The notes under the pieces are model-generated. The model saw only the letters and a list, made by a program, of their open reading frames with translations. It ran no database searches and was not told the origin of the DNA. Below are positions 1 to 9,213 of a stretch of 20,000 nucleotides of DNA, piece by piece. The DNA lies in the sequence record SRR20825006_870; one strand, written 5' to 3'. How positions within the stretch are numbered: the first letter of the stretch is position 1; each line of letters starts with the position of its first letter. A program made the translations under genes and the position numbers.

Positions 1-35
1 TCATCAGCCTGCTGCAAGAAAATGGAGTGGCCTGA
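1..35 (+). CDS. 3' end of an upstream gene (partial, ...ISLLQENGVA*), product unknown
   Basis: The frame from position 3 is open to TGA at 33-35, which overlaps the ATG at 35 (TGATG coupling). It is too short to identify. Confidence 0.45.
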   Translation, partial: ISLLQENGVA

Positions 36-826
36 TGCCCTTTTCCTTAAAGGACAAAGTGGCCCTGATTACGGGCGCGGGGCGTGGCATTGGCGCCGCC
101 ATTGCTACCCGCTTTGCTGAAGCGGGCGCGCAAGTGATCCTAGCCAACCGCACCTTTGATTATGCCGAGGAGCTAGCGGCTGCACTCACAGCGGTGGGGC
201 ATAAAGCGCTGGTGCTGCCACTGGATGATCTATCGCGAGATGGATTGCATCATCTTGTGGGCAAAGCGGCGGCAGCTGCAAATGGGCAATTGGATATTGT
301 GGTGCACAATGCGGGCGGTTGCCCGTGGGGCGACGTGGAAGAACTAGACGAAGACCAGTTGGAACTGGTGCTCGATCTGAACCTTAAATCCTGCTTCTGG
401 CTTACACAGGCGGCCTTGCCTTTTCTGCGTAAATCAAATGCGGGACGGTTTTTGGTGACCTCATCCATCTCATCGCGCAGCGCCTTTGGCGGCGGTACGC
501 ATTATTCAGCGGCGAAAGCGGGCGTGAATGCCTTTATCCGCGGCACAGGCTTTGAGCTGGCGCGGGAGAACATCACCGTGAACGGCGTGGAGCCGGGCTT
601 TATTGCCAAGCCCGGTCGTGGCCGCATGGGGCAGCCCGATGCCATGGCAGAGCTGGGCCGACATATTCCCATGGGGGCGCTGGGCGAAGCCGACGATATT
701 GGCCACGCCATGCTGTTTTTAGCGTCAGAAGAAGCGAAATATATCACCGGGCAAACCATAATTGTGGATGGCGGCGCGAGCTTGCCGGAAACGGGTTACG
801 CCGTGGAAGACCGATGGGGGCTATAA
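35..826 (+). CDS. Short-chain dehydrogenase/reductase (classical SDR, FabG-like fold)
   Basis: TGAGRGIG Rossmann motif, NAG motif, catalytic YSAAK, C-terminal ITGQTIIVDGG; RBS GGAG at 24-27. Confidence 0.9.
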   Translation: MPFSLKDKVALITGAGRGIGAAIATRFAEAGAQVILANRTFDYAEELAAALTAVGHKALVLPLDDLSRDGLHHLVGKAAAAANGQLDIVVHNAGGCPWGDVEELDEDQLELVLDLNLKSCFWLTQAALPFLRKSNAGRFLVTSSISSRSAFGGGTHYSAAKAGVNAFIRGTGFELARENITVNGVEPGFIAKPGRGRMGQPDAMAELGRHIPMGALGEADDIGHAMLFLASEEAKYITGQTIIVDGGASLPETGYAVEDRWGL

Positions 827-1578
827 TGAGTGCACTTAAAGGCAAACGCGCATTGATCACCGGGGCGGCCACTGGCATGGGCCGGGCCACCGCAGAACGA
901 TTTGCGCAAGAAGGCGCGGAGTTGATTCTATTTGGTCTCGGTGGAGACTTGCTTGACGACGTGGCCGCAAAAACCAATGGGATTGCTATTCATGGCGACG
1001 TGACGCAAATGGCCGATATTGAGGCGGCCATCAGCGCGTGTGATGGACAATTGGACATATTGGTCAGCGCCGCCGGGGTGATCTTTGATGATGATCCTGA
1101 GACCATTCAGGATGAGGTTTGGGACAAGACGTTTGACGTCAACACCAAAGGGGCCATGCGCATGTGCCGCACGGCGATCCCATTATTAAAAAAACAAGGC
1201 GGTGCCATCGTCAATATCGCCTCCGTCGCGGCGCAAAATAGCGGGCCCGGCATGGCGAGTTACGCGGCCAGCAAGTCGGCGCTGATCACCTACACAAAGT
1301 CAATTGCCAATGCCCATGGGCCTGATGGGATTCGGGCCAATGTGGTGCTGCCCGGTTGGGTGCGCACGCCCATGAGTGAAATGGAAATGGCACAATTGGC
1401 AAATTCACGGGGCACAAACCCGGAAGAGGAATTTGAAAAAATACGTCAAACCATCTGTTTGCGCCGGATTGCCGGGGCAGACGAGATTGCGGCCTGTTGC
1501 TTGTTTTTAGCCTCTGATGAGGCCAGCTTTATTAGCGGCACCCAATTGGTAGCTGATGGCGGTGGGCGCAAGAAATAG
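826..1578 (+). CDS. Short-chain dehydrogenase/reductase, related to the SDR at 11607-12395
   Basis: TGAATGMG, NIAS, YAASK and PGWVRTPM motifs. Start placed at ATG 826, which overlaps the TAA of the previous gene (TAATG). Confidence 0.9.
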   Translation: MSALKGKRALITGAATGMGRATAERFAQEGAELILFGLGGDLLDDVAAKTNGIAIHGDVTQMADIEAAISACDGQLDILVSAAGVIFDDDPETIQDEVWDKTFDVNTKGAMRMCRTAIPLLKKQGGAIVNIASVAAQNSGPGMASYAASKSALITYTKSIANAHGPDGIRANVVLPGWVRTPMSEMEMAQLANSRGTNPEEEFEKIRQTICLRRIAGADEIAACCLFLASDEASFISGTQLVADGGGRKK

Positions 1579-1591
1579 GGTGAGTTAAACC

Positions 1592-2026
1592 CTATTCCTC
1601 AACAAATTCTTCGAGCAGATCGAGAAGCTTTTCAATGCGCTCAACGCCATATTTTTCTTCTAGAGATTGATAGATGCGGCGTTGTTCTGGTGAGATGGCT
1701 TCAATAAAAGCTTTGCCGCTTTCGGTGACAGAAAGCACGGCGCGACGGCCATCATCATCGGCCCGGCGGCGCAGAATAAAGCCGCGATCTTCAAGCGTTT
1801 TGATGATGCGCGTCAAGCTCGGCGCCAACACGGAAGCACGGTTAGCCACTTCGGTGGCATCCAACGGACCTTCTTCATCAACAACACGGAGCACCCGCCA
1901 TTGTTGCTCGGTCACATTATGCGCAGCCAGCATTGGCCGGAAATGAGACATGACAGATTCGCGAGCACGCAACAGGGCCATTGGCAGTGAGCGGCGGGTA
2001 CTTTGTGGAAACATATTTCTTTCCAT
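1592..2026 (-). CDS. hpaR: MarR-family repressor of homoprotocatechuate degradation, HpaR/HpcR
   Basis: RSLPMALLRARESVMSHFRPML...TEQQWRVLR...PSLTRI signature; divergent from the hpa operon. Alternative start at ATG 2014. Confidence 0.92.
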   Translation of the reverse strand: MERNMFPQSTRRSLPMALLRARESVMSHFRPMLAAHNVTEQQWRVLRVVDEEGPLDATEVANRASVLAPSLTRIIKTLEDRGFILRRRADDDGRRAVLSVTESGKAFIEAISPEQRRIYQSLEEKYGVERIEKLLDLLEEFVEE

Positions 2027-2089
2027 CCGGCTTCAAAAAACTTGGCACCCTTTATTGCGGGATTGTTGAATTGGGGCAAGCCTTTTCCT

Positions 2090-2131
2090 TTGACGCTTGA
2101 CAAGAGAGAAAAATATATTTAACACGTTAAA
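2090..2131 (+). promoter_or_regulatory. Putative hpa operon promoter overlapped by a palindromic HpaR operator
   Basis: TTGACG (2090-2095) and TTGACA (2097-2102) are -35-like, TATATT (2114-2119) is -10-like, and the palindrome TTTAAC-AC-GTTAAA lies at 2118-2131. RBS GGAGG at 2144-2148. Confidence 0.7.
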
Positions 2132-2153
2132 CAATATTGGGACGGAGGCGACT

Positions 2154-2552
2154 ATGCCGCATTTGAGCATAGAATACTCAGCCAACCTGGCTGATAAGAT
2201 TGATATGAACGCACTTTGTCATGCGCTGCATGACGTGATGATCAATGCAGGGCCATTTGAAAAAGGCGGCGTGCGCGTGCGCGCTTTCCGCGCAGATCAT
2301 TATGCCATTGCGGATTTGCATGTGGAAAATGCATTTGTCGATATCAATTTGCGCATTGGTCGAGGCCGCAGCCAAGAAGACAAAAAGCAAGTGGGCGAGG
2401 CGCTGATCGCACGTGCTCAAGCGGAATTGGCATCGCTTTTTGAAACCGAACATTTTGCTCTTTCACTCGAAATTCGCGAAATTGACGCCGAGTTAAGTTG
2501 GAAGCGCAACACCATCCATAAACGCATTCGAGCAACAGGATCTAACGCATGA
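2154..2552 (+). CDS. hpaF: 5-carboxymethyl-2-hydroxymuconate Delta-isomerase (HpaF/HpcD, tautomerase superfamily)
   Basis: MPHLSIEYSANL start gives the catalytic Pro-1; GGVRVRA, IGRGRS and KRNTIH motifs; good RBS before ATG 2154. Confidence 0.92.
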   Translation: MPHLSIEYSANLADKIDMNALCHALHDVMINAGPFEKGGVRVRAFRADHYAIADLHVENAFVDINLRIGRGRSQEDKKQVGEALIARAQAELASLFETEHFALSLEIREIDAELSWKRNTIHKRIRATGSNA

Positions 2553-4063
2553 CCGACCTGAAGACCAATATTGAAAAGGCACAATCCTATTTAGAACGCT
2601 TTCGCAAAGAGGGTGTGTTGAACCATATTGCAGGGCAATCAGTTGCAGCAGATAGCGGCGAGCAGTTCGAAATTATCTCGCCGGTTGATCTGGAGCCGAT
2701 TGCAAAGGTTGCGCGTGGCGGTGCGTCAGATATCGACAAGGCAGCAAAAGCGGCAAAAGCAAGCTTTGCGGAATGGGTCGCGATGTCGGGCAAAGAACGC
2801 AAAAAACTGTTGCACCGCATTGCGGATGCGATTGAGGCGCGGGCCGAAGAAATTGCATTTGTTGAAAGCATGGATACGGGCCAAGCCATTCGCTTCATGT
2901 CGAAAGCCGCTTTGCGCGGGGCGGAGAATTTCCGCTTTTTCGCGGATCGTGCGCCAATGGCCCGCGACGGTGAATCCTTGCGTGCCAACAATCAATTGAA
3001 CATCACAGCACGTTCGCCAATCGGCCCAGTGGGGATCATCACCCCATGGAACACGCCGTTTATGCTGTCAACCTGGAAAATCGCCCCAGCGCTAGCGGCA
3101 GGCTGCACAATTGTACACAAGCCTGCAGAATTTTCGCCACTCACCGCGCGCCTATTGGTGGAAATTGCCGAAGAGGCCGGCCTGCCCAAAGGCGTGTGGA
3201 ACCTGGTGAATGGCTTTGGCGAAGATGCCGGCAAGGCGCTGACTGAACATCCTGACATCAAGGCCGTGGGCTTTGTGGGCGAAAGCCGCACGGGCTCCAT
3301 GATCATGAAGCAGGGCGCAGACACACTAAAACGCTTCCACTTTGAATTGGGCGGCAAAAACCCAGTGGTGGTTTTTGATGATGCCGATTTGGACCGCGCC
3401 GCAGATGCAGCCGTGTTCATGATCTACTCACTGAACGGCGAGCGCTGCACCTCTTCCTCACGCTTGCTGGTGCAATCATCAATCTATGATGAGTTCACTG
3501 CCAAGGTGGCGGAGAAAGCTAAGAACATTAAAGTGGGGCACCCGCTTGACCCGCAAACTGTGGTCGGCCCGTTGATCCATCCAGTGCACGAAAAGAAGGT
3601 GCTGGAATATCTTGAGATCGGCCCAAAGGAAGGCGCGACTGTTGCTGCTGGCGGCAAGAAGGCGGAAGGGTTCACCGGCTGCTATGTGGAGCCGACCTTA
3701 TTCACCAATGTCACCAACGATATGCGCATCGCTCGGGAAGAGATTTTTGGCCCCGTATTGAGCGCCATGAAATTTGACAGCGAAGAAGAAGCGCTGAGCA
3801 TCGCCAACGACACCGAATATGGCCTCACGGGCTATGTGTGGACCTCAGATGTGACACGCGCTTTGCGCTTCACCGATCAGCTCGAAGCGGGCATGATCTG
3901 GGTAAATTCAGAAAATGTACGCCATCTGCCATCGCCATTTGGCGGCGTGAAAAGTTCTGGCATCGGCCGCGATGGCGGCGATTGGTCTTTCGATTTCTAT
4001 ATGGAAACAAAGAACATCGCTTTTGCCACCACTGCGCATGCCATTCCAAAATTGGGTGGCTAA
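2549..4063 (+). CDS. hpaE: 5-carboxymethyl-2-hydroxymuconate semialdehyde dehydrogenase (HpaE/HpcC)
   Basis: ALDH motifs ITPWNTPFMLSTWKIAPALA, ELGGK, SLNGERCT, WVNSENVRHL; ATGA overlap with hpaF. Confidence 0.95.
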   Translation: MTDLKTNIEKAQSYLERFRKEGVLNHIAGQSVAADSGEQFEIISPVDLEPIAKVARGGASDIDKAAKAAKASFAEWVAMSGKERKKLLHRIADAIEARAEEIAFVESMDTGQAIRFMSKAALRGAENFRFFADRAPMARDGESLRANNQLNITARSPIGPVGIITPWNTPFMLSTWKIAPALAAGCTIVHKPAEFSPLTARLLVEIAEEAGLPKGVWNLVNGFGEDAGKALTEHPDIKAVGFVGESRTGSMIMKQGADTLKRFHFELGGKNPVVVFDDADLDRAADAAVFMIYSLNGERCTSSSRLLVQSSIYDEFTAKVAEKAKNIKVGHPLDPQTVVGPLIHPVHEKKVLEYLEIGPKEGATVAAGGKKAEGFTGCYVEPTLFTNVTNDMRIAREEIFGPVLSAMKFDSEEEALSIANDTEYGLTGYVWTSDVTRALRFTDQLEAGMIWVNSENVRHLPSPFGGVKSSGIGRDGGDWSFDFYMETKNIAFATTAHAIPKLGG

Positions 4064-4125
4064 GCCCACCCCACAAATAAGAATTGAGTTTGCGGTTTTA
4101 GACCGCGTTGAGGAGATCCGTTAAA

Positions 4126-5106
4126 ATGCCTGTACCCAAGAGTAATTTATATCCCGACTTCAACATTGTTCGCCTGTCTCATGTGGAATTTATGGTGACC
4201 GATTTGGCGGCCAGCAAAGCTTTTTATGCTGATACGCTTGGGTTGCAAATCTCTTATGAAGATAGCGAAACAGTGTTTTTGCGTGCTTTGGAAGAACGCA
4301 ATCATCACTGTATCATTCTACGCAAAGGCCAAAAAGCTGAAGCCAATGTGTTGGGCTTTAAGGTCTATGATGAGCAGGATTTGGACAAGGCTGAAATCTA
4401 TTTCAAAGAAAAGGGCCTGCCCACCGAATGGATTGAGCGTCCGCATCAGGGCCGCACTTTGCGCACTCAGGATTTGCATGGCATCCCGCTGGAATTCTAT
4501 GCGCGCATGAACCAGCTCGACCCAATCCATCAGCAATATAAGCTTTATAAAGGCGTGCGCCCCTTGCGCATTGACCACTTCAACTGCTTCTCCACCAATG
4601 TGGATGAAAGCGTGGCCTTTTATAATGATCTCGGCTTCCGCGTGACCGAATATACCGAAGATGAAGAGAGCAAAAAACTTTGGGCAGCGTGGATGCACCG
4701 CAAAGGTGGCGTGCACGACATGGCCTTCACCAATGGCCGTGGCCCCCGCTTGCACCATACGGCCTTTTGGGTGCCAAACCCGTTGGCCATTATCGACTTG
4801 CTCGATTTGATGTCCACTACAGGCTATCTCGAAAACATTGAACGTGGCCCTGGCCGTCACGGCATTTCAAATGCGTTTTTCCTCTATATCCGAGACCCAG
4901 ATGGCCACCGGATTGAGATCTATTGTTCGGACTATATGACCGTTGATCCAGACCTTGAGCCGATCAAATGGGATTTGAAAGATCCGCAGCGGCAAACCCT
5001 TTGGGGGGCGCCAGCACCGCGCAGCTGGTTTGAGGAAGGCACGACTTTTGCCAATACCGAAATCAGCGACAGCCAATTGGCCGCGCAGCCTATTGTGGCG
5101 CCATAA
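4126..5106 (+). CDS. hpaD: 3,4-dihydroxyphenylacetate 2,3-dioxygenase (VOC-fold extradiol type)
   Basis: Metal-ligand motifs RIDHFN, LHHTAF and RIEIY, plus GGVHDMAFTNGRGPRLHH and ERGPGRHGISNAFFLY; RBS AGGAG at 4111-4115, ATG at 4126. Confidence 0.95.
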   Translation: MPVPKSNLYPDFNIVRLSHVEFMVTDLAASKAFYADTLGLQISYEDSETVFLRALEERNHHCIILRKGQKAEANVLGFKVYDEQDLDKAEIYFKEKGLPTEWIERPHQGRTLRTQDLHGIPLEFYARMNQLDPIHQQYKLYKGVRPLRIDHFNCFSTNVDESVAFYNDLGFRVTEYTEDEESKKLWAAWMHRKGGVHDMAFTNGRGPRLHHTAFWVPNPLAIIDLLDLMSTTGYLENIERGPGRHGISNAFFLYIRDPDGHRIEIYCSDYMTVDPDLEPIKWDLKDPQRQTLWGAPAPRSWFEEGTTFANTEISDSQLAAQPIVAP

Positions 5107-5108
5107 AG

Positions 5109-5213
5109 CGAACCCACTGGCGTTGGGCGGGGCGAAGATAACGGCAAGGCGAGAACTTTTTGAGCACTGAGCCGTTGACCTTTTAACGCCATCCCAACGC
5201 CAAGAGGCGTTTG
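5109..5213. repeat. Long imperfect intergenic inverted repeat (candidate MITE/REP-like element or mRNA stability hairpin)
   Basis: Nested pairings: TGGCGTTGGG (5118-5127) with CCCAACGCCA (5193-5202), GGCG (5131-5134) with CGCC (5187-5190), AACGGC (5140-5145) with GCCGTT (5171-5176). Confidence 0.6.
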
Positions 5214-5241
5214 ACTTGAACGGCTAACAAAGGAAAGCGAC

Positions 5242-6705
5242 ATGAAACTGAACGACCCCAAATTGCTCCGCGAAGCCCTGCCAGTTGCTGGTAAATGGAT
5301 CGAAACCAGCGATGATATGCTGACGGTCAAAAACCCATCCACCGGCGACATTGTGGGCAAGCTGCCCAAAATTGGCGCTGAAGAAGTGGAAGAAGCGATT
5401 GCCGCTGCGGCCAAAGCGCAAAAGCAATGGGCCAAACGCACCGCAAAAGAGCGGTCACAGATTCTGCGTCGCTGGTTTGAATTGATGATGGAACATCAGG
5501 ATGACCTCGCGGCCATTCTGACCCTTGAGCAAGGCAAACCGCTTTCCGAAGCCAAAGGCGAAATCGCCTATGGCGCAAGCTTTATTGAATGGTTCGCCGA
5601 AGAGGCACGCCGCGTTTATGGCGATTTGATCCCGGCGCACCGTACCGATAGCCGCATCATGGTGATGAAGCAGCCCGTTGGCGTTGTGGCGGCCATCACG
5701 CCGTGGAATTTCCCCAATGCCATGATCACCCGCAAAGCCGGACCTGCTTTGGCGGCAGGGTGTGCCATGGTGCTAAAGCCCGCGTCGCAAACCCCGTTCT
5801 CGGCGATTGCATTGGCCGTGCTGGCGGAACGTGCCGGGTTGCCCATGGAATTGTTCTCCGTGGTCACCGGCTCCTCCAAAACCATTGGCGACACACTGAC
5901 CGCCAGCGATGTGGTGCGCAAAATCACCTTTACCGGCTCCACGGAAGTGGGGGCGATGCTCTATGAGCAAAGCGCGCCAACCATCAAAAAACTCGGCTTG
6001 GAATTGGGCGGCAATGCGCCCTTTATTGTGTTCGACGATGCTAATGTGGATGACGCGGTTGACGGAGCAATCATCGCCAAGTTCCGCAATAATGGCCAGA
6101 CATGTGTGTGCGCCAATCGGGTTTATGTGCAAGCCAATATCTATGATGAATTTGCGCAAAAGCTGAAAGAAGCATTGCAGAAACTGAAAACCGGCGATGG
6201 ATTTGAAGATGATGTGACCTTCGGGCCGCTGATCGATCAGGGCGCGGTTGAAAAGGTGGAAGAACATATTGCGGATGCCAAGCAAAAGGGCGCTGAAGTT
6301 ACCTTGGGTGGTCAGCGCCACAGCTTGGGCGGTACCTTCTTTGAACCGACCATCATGACCGGCGTCACCCAAGATATGGCCGTGGCGACGGAAGAAACTT
6401 TTGGTCCCGTTGCGCCGCTGTTCAAGTTCGAGAGCGAAGCCGATGTGGTGCAGATGGCCAATGACACTGAATTTGGCCTTGCCTCTTATTTCTACGCCAA
6501 TGACCTCAGCCGCGTTTGGCGCGTCGCTGAGGAATTGGAATATGGCATGGTGGGCGTAAACACCGGGCTTATCTCCACTGCGGAAGCACCGTTTGGTGGC
6601 GTCAAACATTCCGGACTGGGCCGCGAAGGTTCCCACTATGGCTTAGATGAATTTTTAGAACTCAAATATGTCTGCCTCGGCGGCATCAAGGAAAATGAGG
6701 AATAA
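5242..6705 (+). CDS. gabD: NAD(P)-dependent succinate-semialdehyde dehydrogenase
   Basis: EQGKPLSEAKGEIAYGASFIEWFAEE, AITPWNFPNAMITRK, LELGGNAPF, KFRNNGQTCVCANR, GLGREGS. Confidence 0.95.
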   Translation: MKLNDPKLLREALPVAGKWIETSDDMLTVKNPSTGDIVGKLPKIGAEEVEEAIAAAAKAQKQWAKRTAKERSQILRRWFELMMEHQDDLAAILTLEQGKPLSEAKGEIAYGASFIEWFAEEARRVYGDLIPAHRTDSRIMVMKQPVGVVAAITPWNFPNAMITRKAGPALAAGCAMVLKPASQTPFSAIALAVLAERAGLPMELFSVVTGSSKTIGDTLTASDVVRKITFTGSTEVGAMLYEQSAPTIKKLGLELGGNAPFIVFDDANVDDAVDGAIIAKFRNNGQTCVCANRVYVQANIYDEFAQKLKEALQKLKTGDGFEDDVTFGPLIDQGAVEKVEEHIADAKQKGAEVTLGGQRHSLGGTFFEPTIMTGVTQDMAVATEETFGPVAPLFKFESEADVVQMANDTEFGLASYFYANDLSRVWRVAEELEYGMVGVNTGLISTAEAPFGGVKHSGLGREGSHYGLDEFLELKYVCLGGIKENEE

Positions 6706-6706
6706 T

Positions 6707-7579
6707 ATGACCAATCGGGCGCGCATCGCCACCTTTAAGCGCAACAACAAGCTGGGCTATGGGGCCATCACCGACACAGGCGTCGTGGACCTTTCTGCCC
6801 GCTTTGGCTCCAAATATGCAGGGTTGCGTGAAGTGATCGAAGCGGGCGCGCTGCCCGAATTGGTTGAGGCCGCAAAAGGCCAGCCCGACGATTTTGGTTT
6901 GGATGAGATTTCCTATGAAATTCCTATTCAGAATCCAGAGAAATTGATTTGCGTGGGCGTTAACTTCCCTAACCGAAATGAAGAATATAAGGACGGGCAA
7001 GAGGCACCGCCAAACCCGTCACTTTTCATCCGGTTCCCACGCTCCTTCACTGGCCATGACCAAGCTTTGGTCCGCCCTCACGCCTCGCCACAATTGGATT
7101 ATGAAGGCGAGATCGTGTTGGTGATCGGCAAAGGCGGTCGGCACATTGCGGAAGAAGACGCGTTGGACCATGTGGCGGCCTTGACCTTGTGCAATGAAGG
7201 CACAATCCGCGATTGGGTGCGCCATGCCAAGTTCAATGTGACCCAAGGCAAAAACTTTGACGATACGGGCGCCATCGGCCCTTGGTTGGTGCCGTTTGAA
7301 GGCGAAGAGCAATTGGCCGATGTGCGCCTCACCACCAAGGTGAATGGCGAAGTCCGTCAGGATGATCGCACCTCTCGCATGATTTTCAGCTTCAGAAAAT
7401 TGATCAATTATATTTCGACCTTCACCACCTTGGTGCCCGGCGACGTGATCGTGACCGGCACACCAACAGGCGCAGGCGCACGGCTTGATCCGCCACAATG
7501 GCTGAAGCCCGGTGATGTGATCGAAGTAGAAGCGGAAGGCATTGGCCTGTTGCGTAATACAGTGCGGGATGAGGACTAA
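6707..7579 (+). CDS. hpaG: Fumarylacetoacetate hydrolase family protein, probable HpaG-type isomerase/decarboxylase (single FAH domain)
   Basis: KLICVGVNF, LDYEGE, QGKNFD, GPWLV, PGDVIVTGTP motifs; positioned inside the hpa operon; start at ATG 6707 directly after gabD. The family call is strong; the exact activity is inferred from context. Confidence 0.8.
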   Translation: MTNRARIATFKRNNKLGYGAITDTGVVDLSARFGSKYAGLREVIEAGALPELVEAAKGQPDDFGLDEISYEIPIQNPEKLICVGVNFPNRNEEYKDGQEAPPNPSLFIRFPRSFTGHDQALVRPHASPQLDYEGEIVLVIGKGGRHIAEEDALDHVAALTLCNEGTIRDWVRHAKFNVTQGKNFDDTGAIGPWLVPFEGEEQLADVRLTTKVNGEVRQDDRTSRMIFSFRKLINYISTFTTLVPGDVIVTGTPTGAGARLDPPQWLKPGDVIEVEAEGIGLLRNTVRDED

Positions 7580-7580
7580 A

Positions 7581-8384
7581 ATGATCAGTGATGATGATGC
7601 CAAAAAGCTGGCGGAAGAACTGCACAATGCCGAGGAAACGCGGCAGCAAATTCCGCTGATCTCCAAGCGGTTTCCGGAGGCAGAACTGGCCGATGCCTAT
7701 AAGGTGCAAGATGCCTGGGTGGCCCATAAATATGGGTTGGGGCGTCAACGCATTGGGTGGAAAATTGGCCTCACGTCAAAAGCCATGCAGGCGGCATTGA
7801 ACATCACCACGCCCGATTCCGGCGTGTTGTTTGACGATATGGCGTTTGAAGATGGCGCAACAGTGCCAAAAGATCGCTTTATCCAACCGCGCATTGAAGC
7901 GGAAATTGCATTCGTTTTGAAAGCACCACTGAAAGGCGACAAGGTCACCATGTTCGATGTGCTGAACGCCACGGACTATGTGATCCCGTCATTGGAGATC
8001 TTGGACACGCGGGTTGTGCGCAAAGACGCAGACACAGGCCAGATGCGCACCATTGTCGACACGGTATCAGATAATGCGGCGAATGCCGGGCTGGTGCTGG
8101 GTGGCCGTGCCATGCGGGTTGATGAGGTAGATTTACGTTGGATCGGCGCCATCGTGCAGCGCAATGGCGTGGTGGAAGAAACTGGCCTTGGCGCAGGCGT
8201 GCTCAATCACCCGGCCATGGGCATTGTGTGGCTGGTGAAGCGGCTGGCGCAATTTGACATTGGCTTGGCACGCGGCGAGATTGTGCTTTCCGGCTCTTTC
8301 ATCCGCCCCGTGGAAACCAGCCACGGCGACACCATCATGGCAGACTTCGGCCCCTTGGGCACCGTCAGCACCTACTTCGAATAA
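7581..8384 (+). CDS. hpaH: 2-oxo-hept-4-ene-1,7-dioate hydratase (HpaH/HpcG)
   Basis: GWKIGLTSKAMQ, PRIEAEIAF, DTVSDNAANAG, EETGLGAGVLNHPA, VLSGSFIRP; RBS GAGG before ATG 7581. Confidence 0.95.
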   Translation: MISDDDAKKLAEELHNAEETRQQIPLISKRFPEAELADAYKVQDAWVAHKYGLGRQRIGWKIGLTSKAMQAALNITTPDSGVLFDDMAFEDGATVPKDRFIQPRIEAEIAFVLKAPLKGDKVTMFDVLNATDYVIPSLEILDTRVVRKDADTGQMRTIVDTVSDNAANAGLVLGGRAMRVDEVDLRWIGAIVQRNGVVEETGLGAGVLNHPAMGIVWLVKRLAQFDIGLARGEIVLSGSFIRPVETSHGDTIMADFGPLGTVSTYFE

Positions 8385-8395
8385 GGAACATCACC

Positions 8396-9199
8396 ATGCC
8401 AGCACCCACCAACAAATTTAAAGCCGCCATCCTGAAAGGCGAAAAGCAGATCGGGCTGTGGATGGGCCTCGCCAATGCCTATACGGCTGAAATTTGCGCC
8501 GGGGCAGGCTTTGATTGGCTGGTTATTGATGGCGAACATGCCCCCAATGATCTGCAATCCACTTTGAGCCAATTGCAAGCTTTGTCCAACTATCCGGTGA
8601 ACCCAGTGGTGCGGGTGCCGATTGGCGAAACCTGGTTGATCAAACAAGTATTGGACCTTGGGGCGCAAACCGTTTTGGTACCCATGGTGGAAAGTGCTGA
8701 ACAGGCGAAAGAGCTGGTGCGGGCGATTAAATATCCCCCCGCTGGCGTGCGCGGCGTTGGCGCGGCGCTGGCGCGAGCATCGCAGTTCAACCGCATTGGC
8801 GATTATCTGCAAACGGCAAATGATCAAACCTGCCTGATTGTACAGGTGGAAAGCCAAGTCGGCGTTGAGGCGATCGAAGAGATCGGTCAGATCGAGGGCG
8901 TGGATGGCATTTTTATCGGGCCTGCTGATTTGGCCGCAGATATGGGCTATCTGGGCCGCCCCGGCGAGCAGGTGGTGAAAGACGCGGTGCTTGATGGCAT
9001 CGCAAGAATTGTCGCCACAGGCAAAGCCGCAGGCATTTTGAGCGCGGATAAGGCTTTTGCGCGCGCGTGTTTAGACCAAGGCGCAAGCTTTGTGGCGGTC
9101 GGCACAGACGTAACTCTGTTCTCAGGTGCCACCAGCAAATTGGCTGAAGAATTCACTGGTGCGGGCCACGCTGCACCTGCAGGTGACAAGACCTACTAA
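8396..9199 (+). CDS. hpaI: 4-hydroxy-2-oxoheptanedioate aldolase (HpaI/HpcH)
   Basis: GFDWLVIDGEHAPN, KQVLDLGAQTVLVPMV, YPPAGVRGVG, GIFIGPADL. Confidence 0.93.
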   Translation: MPAPTNKFKAAILKGEKQIGLWMGLANAYTAEICAGAGFDWLVIDGEHAPNDLQSTLSQLQALSNYPVNPVVRVPIGETWLIKQVLDLGAQTVLVPMVESAEQAKELVRAIKYPPAGVRGVGAALARASQFNRIGDYLQTANDQTCLIVQVESQVGVEAIEEIGQIEGVDGIFIGPADLAADMGYLGRPGEQVVKDAVLDGIARIVATGKAAGILSADKAFARACLDQGASFVAVGTDVTLFSGATSKLAEEFTGAGHAAPAGDKTY

Positions 9200-9213
9200 T
9201 TTTCTAAAGCAAG

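Noticed and set aside
35-826. Calling the first SDR a fatty-acid synthesis fabG
   Set aside because: No fab or acp genes are nearby, and it is coupled to a second catabolic-type SDR. Only the fold is FabG-like.
2097-2153. N-terminal extensions in the ORF track (also 814, 4108, 6668, 7542, 12461, 14681, 15310, 17282, 17357)
   Set aside because: Downstream ATGs have better RBS or coupling and match family N-termini. HpaF needs Pro-1, which fixes its start at 2154.
5773-6636. 287-aa minus-strand ORF
   Set aside because: It is an antisense shadow of gabD with no recognisable motifs.
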